64,000 nt of DNA, from assembly GCA_951406725.2 (NCBI GenBank), contig OX597830.1, positions 3,968,001-4,032,000 of the forward strand, written 5' to 3'. Position numbers and translations under genes: made by a program. Under the pieces are notes generated by a model, which was not told where the DNA came from, did no database searches, and saw only the letters and a program-made list of their open reading frames with translations. The number at the start of each line of letters is the position of its first letter. Position 1 is the stretch's first letter. This DNA comes from Octopus vulgaris (lineage: Eukaryota). This document shows positions 15,922-30,719 of the stretch, in pieces.

Positions 15922-18436
15922 TTAAGGGTATTCAAGCTGTGCCTATCCCTCTTTTCTTTTTGGGGTACATTAACCCAGTTTGTCTTCTCTTTTAATACAG
16001 TAGGCTATGATTTGAGTGAGCTTTTGGTTGCTCTTTTTAGTAATTTGAATAATCTGTTAGAGGATCTGTCGTATGTACTCTTATGATGAGAATAGCAAAT
16101 AATAAAAAACTTCTTTATGCTACTGTTCATAATTAACTTATTATTTAAATTGTGAACCCTCCCCACCTTCTTTCAATATTTTTGTCCTCTGTGAAGTCTA
16201 CGTCACAGAATCTCAAATAGCATCAGACAAATTTGGAAATCAGTAAAGATCGTTAGTGCTTGATCAGATAGATTTGACATATAGAACAACAGGGTGAGAT
16301 TAACTGTAAAAGTTGTTGAGCTGTTGCTGCTGTTGTTGTTATTAATAGTAGTAGTAGTAGTAGAAGCAGCTGTGGCATGTTTTGGCATATACATTAGCTC
16401 AATTATAATGGAAAATAGAAAAGACGGAAAAAACCGAAAGAATTAGAAATAATAGTGATTTAATAAGCCACTGCTATAATAGCTCCTTCTGCAATTATTA
16501 TTTTGGGATGTTAATAACAGACATTTTTTGGAATCTAGTTGCTACTAAACATTACAGCCACAATTTCTAATGCAAACTCTCTCATCACAATAGAACAGTG
16601 AAATTACTACGTCCGACATACATCATTCTCCACTAATTCATTCTTTGTGTGTATCTTTTATCTTTGTTTTTTTACTTGTTCATCTTTATTTTGTCATTAC
16701 TTCAATGTAGTCTCAGAGAAATTGGACTAATTTGTTTTGTTTTTCCATATTCATATAAGTTTTTGTTTTGAGGATCTTTTTGGTTTTGACTATTTTGGTT
16801 TTTGGCTTTTATTTCTTTTTTTTTGTTGACTGTAATCTCAGTTTGGTGCCTAAAAGGCTGTTTGCAGAAAACAAAAACAAAAACAAAGCTTTGAATTAAA
16901 TTATTAACATAATTCAATCAATAAAACTTCAATTTGGTAATTGCTTAGTGCCAGAGAACTTCCATAAAATACAACAGAGACTTGTTTATTTCTTTATTGG
17001 TCAGTGTCAAGCTATGGTTCAACTGCATTTGATCTTTACAAACAGCCATTATTCATACTAATCAGTAGATAGCATTGAAAGCCGTCTAGTTGGGTATAAA
17101 ATATATGATCATCAATGACTGTGACATAATTTTAAGCAATGTATAGAATCGTATGCAAAAATTGTATTTGGTTGTGATTTATCAAAATGTGTTTTATGTT
17201 TCATTTTATTATCTCAGTTGGAAAATTTAGTTTCTTGTGTGTAAAAGTTTAAATCCCTAGCAAAAATTAGTGAACATGGCTTCGTTTCTATCAATGCATC
17301 TTTAGCAATTTTGTTTGTTCTACCTTGCTCTCAAAAACTTGAAATGTAAATTCTAGGAACTATCATCATTATCATCATCAACCTGCCCCTAACTACTATC
17401 AAAAGGTTGGATGTTGTCATCTAGCTCCCCACCCTCACTCATCACCACAAAAAGAAAAAGAAAAAGAAAATTTATTTATAAATTTTTATTCTCTTTCAAG
17501 TAAATTTCCTCTTAACTCAAAAGTTTATAAATTCATTCCAAGGCAACAAATACTATTTTAAGGATTTTGTTTTTTGAAATATCATATCTTTGGTTCAACA
17601 TTCTAATGTCGACTCAACTGCACTGAAATATTTCCTCCCGATCTGAGATGATGATAGGAAATAATGCCAAATTTTATTGCTTCATCTGTTCCCTCAAATT
17701 CGCTGTACAATTACTTCAACAGTCTTTAAATTGTACTGCTTCAATATCTTAACAATTTACTGAGTGTTAAGAAATGCTAACTCGTTGGGATTGATTCAGT
17801 TAGCAACATACCACACAATCTCTTCGTGCTGGTTTCAATTAATATTTTGTTGCTTTTTAGAATTAAATTAAAATGAACTTTTCTTTCTCTACTATCAATT
17901 AAAACAGTTTTGATATTCACCCACGTAAAACAACTTCTAATTCTATGGTACAAACAACACTGATTTAAAATGTTCATATTGAAATTATTACATTTCATCA
18001 TAATACTACTTCAGTTAGGTTTCAAGCATCAAATTAATAATGGAAATATTTGATAATTTTCTCTAACTTTCCTGTATATGCTTCTTTTCAAAAATAATTG
18101 AAATGCAATGATTATGAATTTCATTAGAAATATAATCAAGAAAGCTTTGCAACTTAAGTACAGTTTCGTAGAGCTTGAATAAAAGAATGGTATACAAACG
18201 TACAGTGTCGAATACAAATAATTACTCGGCAGAGCTGTGATCACATGACCTTCTGACAAGTCTGTGTGAAGGTCATAGGGTTACTGGTATGTGTGCAGGG
18301 TTAAGCAATTTGTTTTGTAACTAGATGGGTTCTGGGACAACACCATGAAATAAGCACTTTGCTCAAGGATAGAACACACCATCGAGTCATGGAATTGAAC
18401 ATATATATATATATATATATATAAGTTTCCATGTGT

Positions 18437-18752
18437 GGAGACGCAATGGCTCAGTGGTTAGGGCAGTGGATCAGAGTCATAGGATCATGGTTTCGATTCC
18501 CAGACAGGGCGTTGTGAGTGTTTATTGAGCGAAAGCACCTAAAGCTCCACAAGGCTTTGGCAGGGGGTTTCTGTTGTACCTGTATTTCAAAGGGCCAGCC
18601 TTGTCACACTGTGTCATGCTGACTCTCCTCGAGAACTACGTTAAGGGTACACGTGTCTGTGGAGTGCTCAGCCACTTGCACGTTAATTTTACGAGCAGGC
18701 TGTTCTGTTGATTGGATCAACTCATATCCTCATCATCATAACTGACGGAGTG
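18437..18752 (+). mobile_element. tRNA-derived SINE, chimeric body
   Basis: A box TGGCTCAGTGG, B box GTTTCGATTCC; 5' half matches the 36749 copy, 3' half matches the 35296 copy. Confidence 0.8.
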
Positions 18753-19342
18753 TCACAAAGTGGTTGTTGTTAGGAAGGGCATCCAGCCATAGAAACCATT
18801 TGAAAGTAGACATCACAGCATACTGCAACTCTCCATTCTGTGTGACCCTGCTGACCTGACTTATCCATGCCAGCATGGAAGCAAGATGTAACATGAGGAT
18901 ATATGTACATGTGTGTGTGTGTGTGTGTGTTGCAAGTTATTTTTCGTTTCCATTTGCATTTTACGAAAATTACAAGCAATAGCAAGCTGTGTTGCTGTTG
19001 TCACTTCTCCTGTCAACAAATCATTCTTTCACTTTGCACCATTGAATGTGTGCGAAATAAGAGATCTCTTACTGGAACACTATGTAAGGAATTCAACATG
19101 AGAGCCATCCAGCTGTAAGACAGTGCTTCAATGCTATAGTCATGTACCCCATGCTAGCATAAAAAAAACACAGACATAATAGAATTAAACAAATCCTTAT
19201 TTATACAGTGTGTGTATGCACACACACACAAGATATATATACTTACAAATATATTTTACATTGATGTATGTGTATACATGCACATATTCTACATATCTGC
19301 CTTTGTGTGTGTATTCACAATGTGTGTGTGTATATATATATA

Positions 19343-19716
19343 GGCGTAGGAGTGGCTGTGTGGTAAGAAGCTTGCTTCTCAACCACATGGTTCTGGGTTC
19401 AATCCCACTGCGTGGCACCTTGGGCAAGTGTCTTCTACTATAGCCTCAGGCCTACCAAAGCCTTGTGAGTAAATTTGGTAGATAGAAACTGAATGAAACC
19501 CGATATATATATATATTTGTGTGTCTGCATTTGTCCTCCCACCATCACTTGACAGCCGATGTTGGTGTGTTTGCATCCCTGTAACTTAACAGCTTGGCAG
19601 AAGAGAGCAATAGAATAAGTACTAGACTTACACAGAATAAGTTCTGGGGTCAATCTGTTTGACTAAAGGTGTTGCTCCAGCATGGCCACAGTGAAATGAC
19701 TGAAACAAATAAAAGA
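19343..19716 (+). mobile_element. tRNA-derived CORE-like SINE, full length, internal TA/TG microsatellite
   Basis: GGCGTAGGAGTGGCTGTGTGGTAAG...GGTTCAATCCC...CACCTTGGGCAAGTGTC...AATGACTGAAACAAATAAAAG; many copies in window. Confidence 0.88.
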
Positions 19717-21152
19717 AAAAATGACTCAAAGACTATATCATCATTATCATCATCATCGTCATCATCATCGTTTAACACCTGCCTTCCATGTGTGGGGGAC
19801 ACACACACAGACATATATATATAATTACATGTATATTCTACATTTTTGTGTGTATACATGCATGCACATATCCTACATATGTATGTGCCTCTGTGTGTGT
19901 GTGTGTATGTGTTTGTTATTCCTTCTGCATAGTGACCCTGGTATTAAAATTATCCTAGTATACCAAGTATGAATTATTCATGTAAATAACCCTCAAATAC
20001 TTTTATATTAGTGTGCCATTAAATATTGATTTCTGTAAATTGCTTCATACTTTTCCATTAATCTGCTTTATGTATCTTACCTTTATATATTTTCAGCATT
20101 TTTTTTTCATTCCTTTTAAACAGAGAAAAGTGAACATATTCTAAATTAAATATAAAAATGTTTTAAATTTGTTTTTTTTTTCTTCTTCTCATATTGAATA
20201 GATAAAGAAAAGTACCTGATGCAATGTATGCTTGTTCTGTCTGGCATATTTACTGCCCTAATATTGACTGATATAAAAGAACAGATAAAAAAGAAAAAAA
20301 AGAAGTTAAATTAATGATTCGTAACTGGTAAAATTATAGCTGAATGGTAGAAAGCTTTATTTTATTTTATTCTACAAAAATGATAATGAAACAAATAAAA
20401 TAAATATAGGTTTAAATAAACATAACACATAATATTCCATATTGCATCAACTTCTCTATTCATGCACAGGTCTGAAATATTAACTGACAACTGCAATAGA
20501 ATATTTGTCCTAAAAATGAATAATAGAAGAGATTCTGCTGAATTTTTAAAACTTTTTATTTATGCTCTTTTAAATTATGGGTGCTTTTAGAAATATATTA
20601 TGATTACGGTATTTAGAAAATATAACAAATAATTTTGAAATCTTGAAGTAAATGGAAGCCATTATTGTATTTATCTTCTGTTCTTTGTATTGTTATTTTT
20701 TCTGAATTTATTACTGCCAGTGAAATGGAGCGAAGACTTGAAACTCATCTACATAAAAGATGAATAATATACAAATTCTATAAAGGAATTTTAAATGTCT
20801 CAATTCAGTTTCTGGTTTAGATTTTTCTCTAATTTATTTTCTCCTATTCTTCATGTACTTTTATATATTGCATATGTGCTTGAGTATTCATGTGTGTGTG
20901 TGTGTACATAGATGAGAGGTGTTACCATGTTTCGGCAGCTCCTTCTGAGACTTCTCCCATGAAGCCTTACACTGCATAACATACCATCTTTTCACAACGA
21001 GCCAAAATCAAACCTAACAAGATAAGTGGTGATTTGGATGCCATGGGAAGGGATATAGGAGAACCTTGCTCAACATTATGGGTGGCAGATTAAATTGAAA
21101 TGAAGTGAGGTAAAAGTGAGCAGATTTTGTCATCGTCTTTTTGCCTACTGCA

Positions 21153-21510
21153 ACCCTTTTAGTACCAATCCATCTAAAACTTTCCTTAGCTCTATTATAC
21201 AAATTCTATTATTAAGATATAATATTTAAAGCTCTAAATAAAAACTTTTTATCTAAATAAAACTTTTACATCAGCCCCTGCGTTTCACAGGTACTTAATT
21301 TATCGACCCCAAAAGGACAAATGGCAAAGTCGACCTTGGTGGAATTTGAACTCAGGACATAAAGATAGATGAAATACCACAAAACATTTTGTCCAGTATG
21401 GAAAGGATTCTGCTAGATGCTACCTTAAAAAGTTATTTTAATAAATTATTATTTTCAAAATTAATTGAAACAAAGACAGTGTTTCAAAAGAATATTGTAA
21501 GAAAAGGGTT
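21153..21510. mobile_element. Decayed piggyBac-like MITE with a nested SINE fragment (21271-21428, minus)
   Basis: CCCTTTTAGTACC start and GTAAGAAAAGGGTT end like 15700-15921; inner part matches the 42808 SINE family. Confidence 0.6.
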
Positions 21511-24500
21511 TTGTTATAATTTCTGATAACTCAGCAAGACTGGTACCCATTGAGTGCCAAGAACTGTTGAAAGAAATTGTTTAATGAAATTCAGGGCATT
21601 CATCTATATACGTTGATCTGATATTTCTGAACAGTGGTAGGTGTTAGGTTAAGAGAAAATATTTGTTGTAAATCAGTATAAAACATGGTTAACAGAATGT
21701 TACTATGAAAACATTTTCCTCTTCCTCTGACTAGTAGTGTTGATGTAAATGTGATAGGGATTTGTAAAGTGGTTATGTATGTGTAAAGAATTTCATTTTG
21801 TTTATGGTTTAACAACTTTGGCAGATTCTATCTCTCAGACTTACCATCTGTGAACATATAAGATGTCAGTTTTCAGCTACTGTGAGGTGAGCTGTAAACT
21901 GAAAGAAACAATATGGATTTCTTCTTTGGAAGCATATTAATTAATTTGACACCATTTCTAAAATTTCATACCTGAATCTGTGTCTTTTGACATGATTTGT
22001 GTAAAATATAAATTAAAAATAAGCTTCTCATTCTAATTATAAAAATAACTTAGTGTTGTAGCTTTAAGAAGAGAGGGCTGAAGCCAACTATCTTTATTAG
22101 ATATCTTGTACTTTATGAGGCAGCAAAAAGGTTTCAATGTGGTTGTTTAATTGCTAGAAATAACTACCAAATCTCCCTTAACTTATACTCTATCATTTGA
22201 AATATTTACTATAAACAAGGTAGTAGCAAATAGTCAACAAGATGGGATACTTATGACTGGAACCTTTTCGGCCACGAGCCTGGAGGCTAAGCAACAACAA
22301 CAACAACAATGCAATATCTATTTTGAATAGGAATCTTGGTTAATGTATAATATTCCATCTTAGGTGTAGATCACATGACTTATTAAGCTAATATCTGTAT
22401 TTAATACTTATTAATAACCAAGATCATCATCATCATCATCATCATCATCACTCACCATGAGTTGTTTAATTATATCTAATATTCTTTACAAACTCAGAGA
22501 GCAAATCCTACCTCAACCACTTTTTGTTGCCTTTTATGACCTGCTGAGGAAATGTTGGGTCTATTCTTTGGCATGCTAGTCACCCACACACAGAGCTAGA
22601 GCAATGTGAAATGAAGTGTTTTGCTCAAGAACACAACAAGCTATCCAGTCTGAGAAGTGAACCCACAATCTGGCAATTTTGACAGCAACATATTAACCAT
22701 TGGACCACATGCCATACTGAGAGGAGTTAGTGTGAAAATTAATCCAGTCATTACATACATGTATGTTTGTATGTAAGTTCAGCATACCATCAATGGATGC
22801 AGTGCTTGGACACATCAGTGTTGTGTTCTGAAATTGGTGGGTGCTTTGGCTCATACAACATACTCCCTTATTCAATAGACCTGATCTATTGATGATGATG
22901 ATCTTGATCAAGCCTAGGCCTATGACAAGGTGGTACCCTTCTGAACCCGTCGATCACCTCTTTTATTCAAAGCCATCAAAATGTATTTGTCTTGATGGTT
23001 CTTTTTTCAAGCTTCTGAAATACCCAGAATTCCATAGACTTTCCTTAAAGTATCACCAGCAAACCTTGGATAAGATTGGATAATAGAGTGAAGCTCTATT
23101 ATCCAATCTTAAGGCTGTAGTAAAAGACACTTGCCCAAGGTACAATGCAGTGGGATTGAACTTGAAATAATGTGTTTTGAAAGCAAATTTCTTCACACAC
23201 ACACACATTCTCTTTCTCTTTAAGTGGATCTGATAGACAGAAACAGATCAAAAATCAGATTCACACCATTCAATCTTTAATTAATTTACTTTTCAAAGTT
23301 GTCTTTTTTGTCTTTCTTCAATGAAATATCTTAGTAAATACTCATGTGTCTTTTCCTGTTCTTTTTAAAAATGTGGTTTCCTTTTTGTAAAAAGAAAACA
23401 GTTTCTCAAAAAATACCTTTCCCCTTCGTGAATATCTCTAACATCTCAATCATTCATCATTTGTGATCTACTTTAAAGCAATTAGAATAATTTGAATCTG
23501 TCTTATTCTATGGCAGTAATGTCTTATGATTATAGATATTAAAATAGTCTTCTTTTTTAACCTCAAACCTCTGATTAGGCATAAGGGAATATTCTCTCAA
23601 ACTATGGACTCAGTCAATATTCATAGAGAATTATATCTGATATTGACCAATATTGAAATTATCATTAGAGGAAACTGGAAATATTTTCAAATTTTCTCCT
23701 AGATTATTTTGTTTTATTATATTGAATTATGACATCAAAGAAGCTTTTGTTGGCTGTGTTTTGGAAAAAAAAAGTTAAAATGACCTTTAACTGGTGCCAA
23801 CTTTATTTAAGTATGGCCAAGTAAATGTTGCATGTTTTTGCATTAATTGTTGGCATCGTATCAAATTTTACAATACATCCTTATCAACAATGAATAGAAG
23901 TTTTTACTCGATAATTTTCTAAAATCTAATTTAAAATTTAAATACTTTTTTCAAACATTCATGCAGATTTCTAAGAAAAAAAAAGTGTCTCCAAGTCAAT
24001 TTAAGGGGTTGAGCTGAAGATTAATCCAAATCTGATAGCAGGAAATAATAGTCTAATCTCAATATTTTTTTTTTTCAAATATTTGCTACCAGAAAATTAA
24101 TTTTTCTGATGGAACATCATTAAAAAAAAGCAGCAATAGCTTTTGTTTTTTCCTCGGCAATTATTTGATTTTATTCACACTTCTGCTTCATCATAATTTA
24201 AATAATCATTTTAGATTTTTTTCAAGAATTAAATGAATTGTGTCAGTTTGTGTTATAAGAACAAAATAAAAATTTGTAATAGATACAAAAAGAAAGTACA
24301 TGGAAATATTCTGTCATGAATAAAAAAAAATATACAAGAATTATGTTCTGGTCTGAAATGTAAATTTAGCTAAATATTGTTACACCTGAAGGAAAGACAA
24401 AACTAGCTCAATTTATTTGCTGTCTGCTTGTTTTGTTGTCATTTCTTTGCAATCTGGAATGCAATCTATCTCTGTAAAAATCTTGTGTCAAATTCAACAA

Positions 24501-25440
24501 GATTTACTCAATACCTTAAGGCTTTATAAGATATTTTCATCAAGTTGGTAACATCACTCTTTATTTAGTTATAGGAAGATTTCATGTCATTAATTAAGTC
24601 TTAATTTGTTAACATTGGATGTAAATTGGCAGGTTATTTCAAATGCTCATAGATCTCATTATGCTCATTATGTGAAGATCAAATAACACACAGTTACACT
24701 TCTTCTCTATCTAATGTTCATTAAGAGGAAAAGTTTTACATTTTAAGGCTTTTTGTATCGATTATTTTTAACATTAGGGATTGGAGCAGGTGAGATTCTT
24801 TCCAGACAAGCGTTACTACTTCTCAAATGTCAAATTTTCATTCATCATCTGGTTGCTTTTTGTTAACTTTGCAGTCTTTCAAGTTGCCTGTAAGTTAGAG
24901 TCTATATGTGTGTGTTTGTGTGTGTGTGTGTGTGTATATATGTATATATATAAAAACAAAGTAAGGTTAGGGGTTACCACATGAGTAAAAATATAAGGAA
25001 AAGAATCTGAAAATGCAGGAGTCTTTTAAAAGTATTTATTAACTTAACCGGTTTCACTTACTTAAAAAGATTTTCAAAAGTAAAGTGTGAGGTTTTGTGT
25101 ATCTTCTGTGGTGTCAAAAATTAGTTTACACAAATGTATTCAAATCAAGTGAAAGAGTCTTTGACAATGATACGAAAAGGTTTGAAGCTTTGTGTATCCT
25201 CTGTTATGAGTCAAAAAATAGTTTACATAAAAGCATTCAGATTAGGTAATAAAATTTTCTATAATGTTAAGAAGATAGAAACTAGTTTACAGGAATATAT
25301 CTTGATCAAGTAACAGAGTCTTTGACAAGAAGATAAAACGGGTCTGGTTTGTCAATGAGTGAGTGCTGAAGTTTTTAGTCTTACAGTGATCAGAAACCAT
25401 AATTGTTTGCAGTATCTTAAACTGCAAAAAGGATGAGTAG

Positions 25441-26067
25441 GGATATAACAGACTATTTATTGTTCTCAGATCTGGCTTTAAGGGTCTTGCATCTGGCTGG
25501 AGTTTGGCAGTTACTTACTATTTTAAATATTTCGTGTACACACTCACACACGTAAACAGAACACAAATGGAACACCCACATACATGCACACATGTTCACC
25601 ACATGCATACACACATACACACAAACCTGCTATCCACATTTTCCAGAAGAAACACACACACAGATACATACACACACACATGCACACAAACACACACCAT
25701 CCTTTACTTATGAATCATACATATAAACCCCAAAACAGTCAAAAATGATGACCAAACTAAGCATACTCAGAACCTTTTTATCAATGGTCAACTACTTTGT
25801 GACCATGTGACCTCCATCAGCTACCCACACAGTTTTTACATCTGTAACCGAATACTGTATGACATTGGCTTTTAAGGGATATATCATCAATATTTACCAT
25901 TTTTGGATAAAAGGAAGATTTTTATACAGAAGAATTGCAATTCTGTTTATAAAAAATTACCATTATGTTTCTGTGAAATATTTAAAATAGTAAGTAACTT
26001 TCAAGCTCCAGCCAAATGCAAGACCCTTAAGGGTAGGTCTGAGAACTATAAATAGTTTGTTATTTCC
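25441..26067. repeat. ~93 bp inverted repeat pair (25441-25533 / 25975-26067)
   Basis: TTAAGGGTCTTGCATCTGGCTGGAG..GTTACTTACTATTTTAAATATTTC versus its reverse complement. Confidence 0.85.
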
Positions 26068-26344
26068 AATCTGATCCTGGTGCAGCCATCTTGTTCACCT
26101 GACCTCAGTCAAATCGTCCAACTCATGCCAGCATGGAAAGCGGACATTAAACGATGATGATGATGATGATGAGACACTTATATAAATATATGAATAAATA
26201 TATACATACACATATATACAAATATGAATATATACACACACAAACATATACACATTTATACACTCCATATCTGTGTGTATGCAAATATTTATGTGTATGC
26301 CTGTATATACATGAATATATATAATATGTGTGTATGCATATATG

Positions 26345-26396
<52 letters not shown>

Positions 26397-26420
26397 CATG
26401 TGCGCATGCATATATATATA

Positions 26421-26800
26421 GCCGTAGGAGTGGCTGTGTGGTAAGTAGCTTGTTTACCAACCACATGGTTAACCGGGTTCAGTCCCACTGCGTGGCACCT
26501 TGGGCTGGTGTCTTCTACTACTATAGCCTTGGGCCGACCAAAGCCTTGTGAGTGGATTTGGGAGACGGTAACTGAAAGAAGCCCATCATATATATGTATA
26601 TATGTATGTGTGTTTGTGTGTCTGTGTTTGTTCCTGGTGTGTTTACATCCCAGTAACTTAGCAGTTCAGCAAAAGGGGCCGATAGAGTAAGTACTAGGCT
26701 TACAAAGAATAAGTCCTGGGGTCAATTTGCTCAACTAAAGGTGGTGCTCCAGCATGGCCTCAGTCAAATGACTGAAACAAGTAAAAGAGTAAAAAAAAAA
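26421..26800 (+). mobile_element. CORE-like SINE, full length
   Basis: Same family as 19343-19716. Confidence 0.88.
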
Positions 26801-29599
26801 GAGTATATATATATATATACACACACATAGAAATACTCTTGAGTTTTGATGTTGGTGAAACAATTTGTCCTCTTTGTTAGTAATTACATTAATTCTATGA
26901 ACATTATGGATTTTGGAAATGTTCCATAGCTTGTACACATTGGTAAGCTTAAAACAGTGGGCTCTAGGGTCAGAGACCAATGAAATTGCTGTGTGTGTGT
27001 GTGTGTGTGTGTGTATATTTGTGTATATATGTAAATATAAGTATACATATTTGTATACATGTAATTATATGTGTTTACACGTGTGTATACATACATATAT
27101 ATATATACATGCATATACACATGTATATAGGTGTTTACATATATATATATATATATTCATATAAATAAATATGTATATATGTAAGTATGCGTGTACATAT
27201 GTGTATGTGTAATATGCATAATACGGATTTTGGATTTTCCCAATTACATTTGTAGCATATTGTATTTTGCTACAGAAGTCATGTGATATACCCGTGACAT
27301 GATTCTGAATATTAAAACTATTTTTCACAAAACTTCACTTCCAGGAATTAGAATCACTTTATGAATCCCAAATGTATCCTACTATTATATTTATAAATCA
27401 TGTCTTATTTTATTTTCCTATCTACTATTTCAAAAAGGTCTTATATTTATGTGAGTATTCTAGTTATATATATTTTATGGGGTTTGAAGAAATGATAAAT
27501 TAAAGAAATTCTTTGAATTTTGGAACTGCTTTATTGTTGCAGTCCCAACATGCTAAAGAATGGTAAAGTTTTTCAGCTATCATTTATCATGACAAATTAC
27601 GGTTTCCTCAAAATGTATATAGGTGTGTATGTTTGTGGAAGAATGTCAAAATTTATGATTCTAACTGCTTTAGAATCAGTAACTATTCTTGCTACTGTTT
27701 AAGAAATGGGCTAAAAATAGCAACAGAATTTTCTAACTTTCAGTGTCATGGATAACTCTAGGATTATACTGGCCAAAAGAATCAGATCTACTTCTTTAAT
27801 ATTTGAAATTCTTTAATATCATGAAAAGAATTGACAGTTTCCAGAGGCTGTTGAATGGTTTCTTCTTGATACTTTTAGAGGTCTTTAATGATTCGATGTT
27901 GCAGGCAGTAACAATTGTTCTTTTAACTTTTACTTGTTTCAATCATTGGACTGCAGCCATGCAGCGGCATTGCCTTCAATGGTTTAATCAAACAAACACC
28001 AGTTCTTATATTGACATCTAGCATTGAATCTATCAGTCTATTTTGCTGAGCCAGTAAGTTATAGGAACATAAGCAAGCCAATACCAGTGGCTGGATCACT
28101 CATAATGGACTTCCATACAGTTTCTCTATTCACTTACATGGCAGTGGTCAGCCTGGGGATCTAACAGCAAGCACTTCCCCAGGATATTGCACGATGGGAC
28201 TGACTGAACTTGGCACCTTGCCTATGATAATTTCTGAAGACCAACGACAATCTGTGAGTCAAGTTAAATGTACTTTAAACAATGCGTAGACCTTAGGTAC
28301 ACTAGTTGTCATAATGGTGTTTGATATTCTGACTGTTGATGCCAATGTTTGGTTGTCCTCTCTTTTTGAATTGCAACAGGACATTTCTAAATTTACAATT
28401 CCATCGGTGCAGGCATGGTTGTGTAGTTAGGAAGTTCACTTCTCAACGCTGTGGTTTTGCATTCAATCTCACTGCATGGAACCTTAGGCAAGAGTCTTTA
28501 ACTATAACCCCAGGCCGACAACACCTGTGTGAGTAGAAATGATGGAGGGAAACTGAAAGAAACTTGCTTTGTGTATGTATGTGTTTCTGTCTTGTCTGTT
28601 TTGATATTGTGCAATATAAACTGTGCTTTTCATTTCAATTCATCAACAAGAACCTGTCCCACCATGGGAAATAATATTTTGCTTGGAAACATGTAAGGGT
28701 TGGTGACAGAAAAAACATCAGACTGTAGAAAATCATCTGTATTGAGGAATTCCATGTGAACCTTGCAAACATGGAAATGTGGACAATGAAAGATAAGGAT
28801 GTTGGTAATTGCCAAAAGTTTGAGTAGATGGCAGGACAACTGGCTAAAATGCATATTTTAGTTTGCATCTGTCTATCTATAAAAATATTATTCTTCCATA
28901 TAATTCAGGTTAATTAGTCCATCAGATTAGTAAAGAAGACTAAAATCTCCCATAAAAATATAGCTGTATTGATGAGAAAGTAGTGATGACACACGTTATT
29001 GATGTTGACAGCCATCTGTATGTGGTTGGTGTTGTCCCTTTATCATCTTTTGTAATGGTTGCTATCAGAATGCTCTTTTCCCAAAATATTATTGGTGATA
29101 AAATCTTTATTTCTGGCCTCGTACAGTGCTTTGTTGTAAGTGATAATTACAAACTGTCTTCGTATATCTCATTTCATTTTCTATGGAAACATTTAAACAG
29201 CTTTTCTGCTAACAGCTATTTGGTCAGTGATATGGAATTTATCTGCTATAATCTCAAGTTTCTGTCAATCCATTACATTAAGGTCAATGCTAATCTCACA
29301 TGGTCAAGCAAATAGGAAAGAAAGATGGGATGGAAGAAAAGAAACTGTTTATGCTTCCACAAAGCAGCCATTATGGAGTTCATTAAATAAGAGAGCTTTG
29401 ATTTCTGATTTTCATTATATTAAACAAACCTACTGCTTCTTCAGTAGTTGAGGAAAAATACAGGATGGCCACAGCTGGAATGACTTAGATCATAGGTCTT
29501 ACTCAATCAGAGCTGACCTTTTGCCTAATCAACAACAACAACAAACCTTAGAGTAAGAGAAGACTCTTCTTCAGGAACAGCTGAAGGAATATTAAAGTG

Positions 29600-30540
29600 A
29601 GCAATCAACATCCTCTGCTTCTATCACATTATCTTGGAGCTGGCCAAATAGTAATGTTTGGTCTTATCTCTCATTTTTTTTCTTTTCTCATTTTTGTTCC
29701 ATTGAACAAATGCTGTAGATATATTGGAATGAAGATAATGAAGTTGGCTTCTAGATTTGATGGTAAATTGTCGCCTTCTGGCAGCAGGTGTTATTACCAT
29801 GTTTAAGTCAATTAAATTAAAGCAAAACTGACAACAGAGTCTTTGTTGTGGTTTAGATCCTAGTAAGTGCTGGTCAAATATGTTCAGACCATAAATATTA
29901 CGGCTCCTTCTGCAATATGTTCCTTTTTTTTCTTAAGACAACAGAGTGAGAATTTAAAGGGTCATTTCAAAGTGGAAAACGAAGGGGACAAATTTGGTCT
30001 CCAACAACCTGACACAAGTCAAGTAAAAATATTAAATATTTTTACTTCTCTCTTAAGTGCAGCTTTAAATTGAACGAAGAATATAGTCATGGAGATTATA
30101 ACCACGATCTTGCTCTTTTGAGATGCCAAGTTTGAGCCACAGTTTGATTGTCTTCTCCAGACTGTAAAACTTCGTAGCTGACATCAGTAGGGAGTATAGA
30201 GTTGAGAAATGCAGCGGAGCCATTTCTGAAAGGGGTTGGTTGAATAAATCAACTAATCTTAACATTAAAATGAGTCACTCATTAAAAGAACTGAGTAGAA
30301 ATTGACCAAATAAATATCTGGAGATCACTGAAGTGAAGTGGTTCAACTAGAATGAAAGAAATTATCCGAAAGTAACTCGGATGATTGTAAAGTGTACTCG
30401 TGATGAAGTGTAAGATAGAAATTGTTCACATTGTAGCAGTTCTGACAGCCAGTTACTTCTTCAATATGGTAAAGGGGAATTCTACGAGAAAATAAAAGGG
30501 AATCTTGACACAAAATTAAGAAAACTTTTGACAAAATTTA
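29600..30540 (-). pseudogene. Decayed GH18 chitinase-like domain
   Basis: Collinear NFVKSFLNFVSRFPF (30494-30538) - NNFYLTLHHE - LRLVDL - PLHFSTLYS - SLEKTIKLWLKLGISKE/KIVV (30100-30139, 1-nt frameshift); the 29600 end is approximate. Confidence 0.5.
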
Positions 30541-30719
30541 GAGTGCATTACCTAAAACTGACATCAGCACACACACACACACACAAACATATTCATTCAT
30601 TTCTGAGTTTGCTGAAGAAAATGGTTCTGTGCAACTTGAGCTGGTACATGCATTGGTACAATTCAAAGCAGACCCATAACAAAAACAACAAAAACAACAC
30701 ACAAGAAGCTACTGATCAT

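Noticed and set aside
28983-29315. 110 aa plus-strand ORF
   Set aside because: No motif; reads like an antisense or random frame
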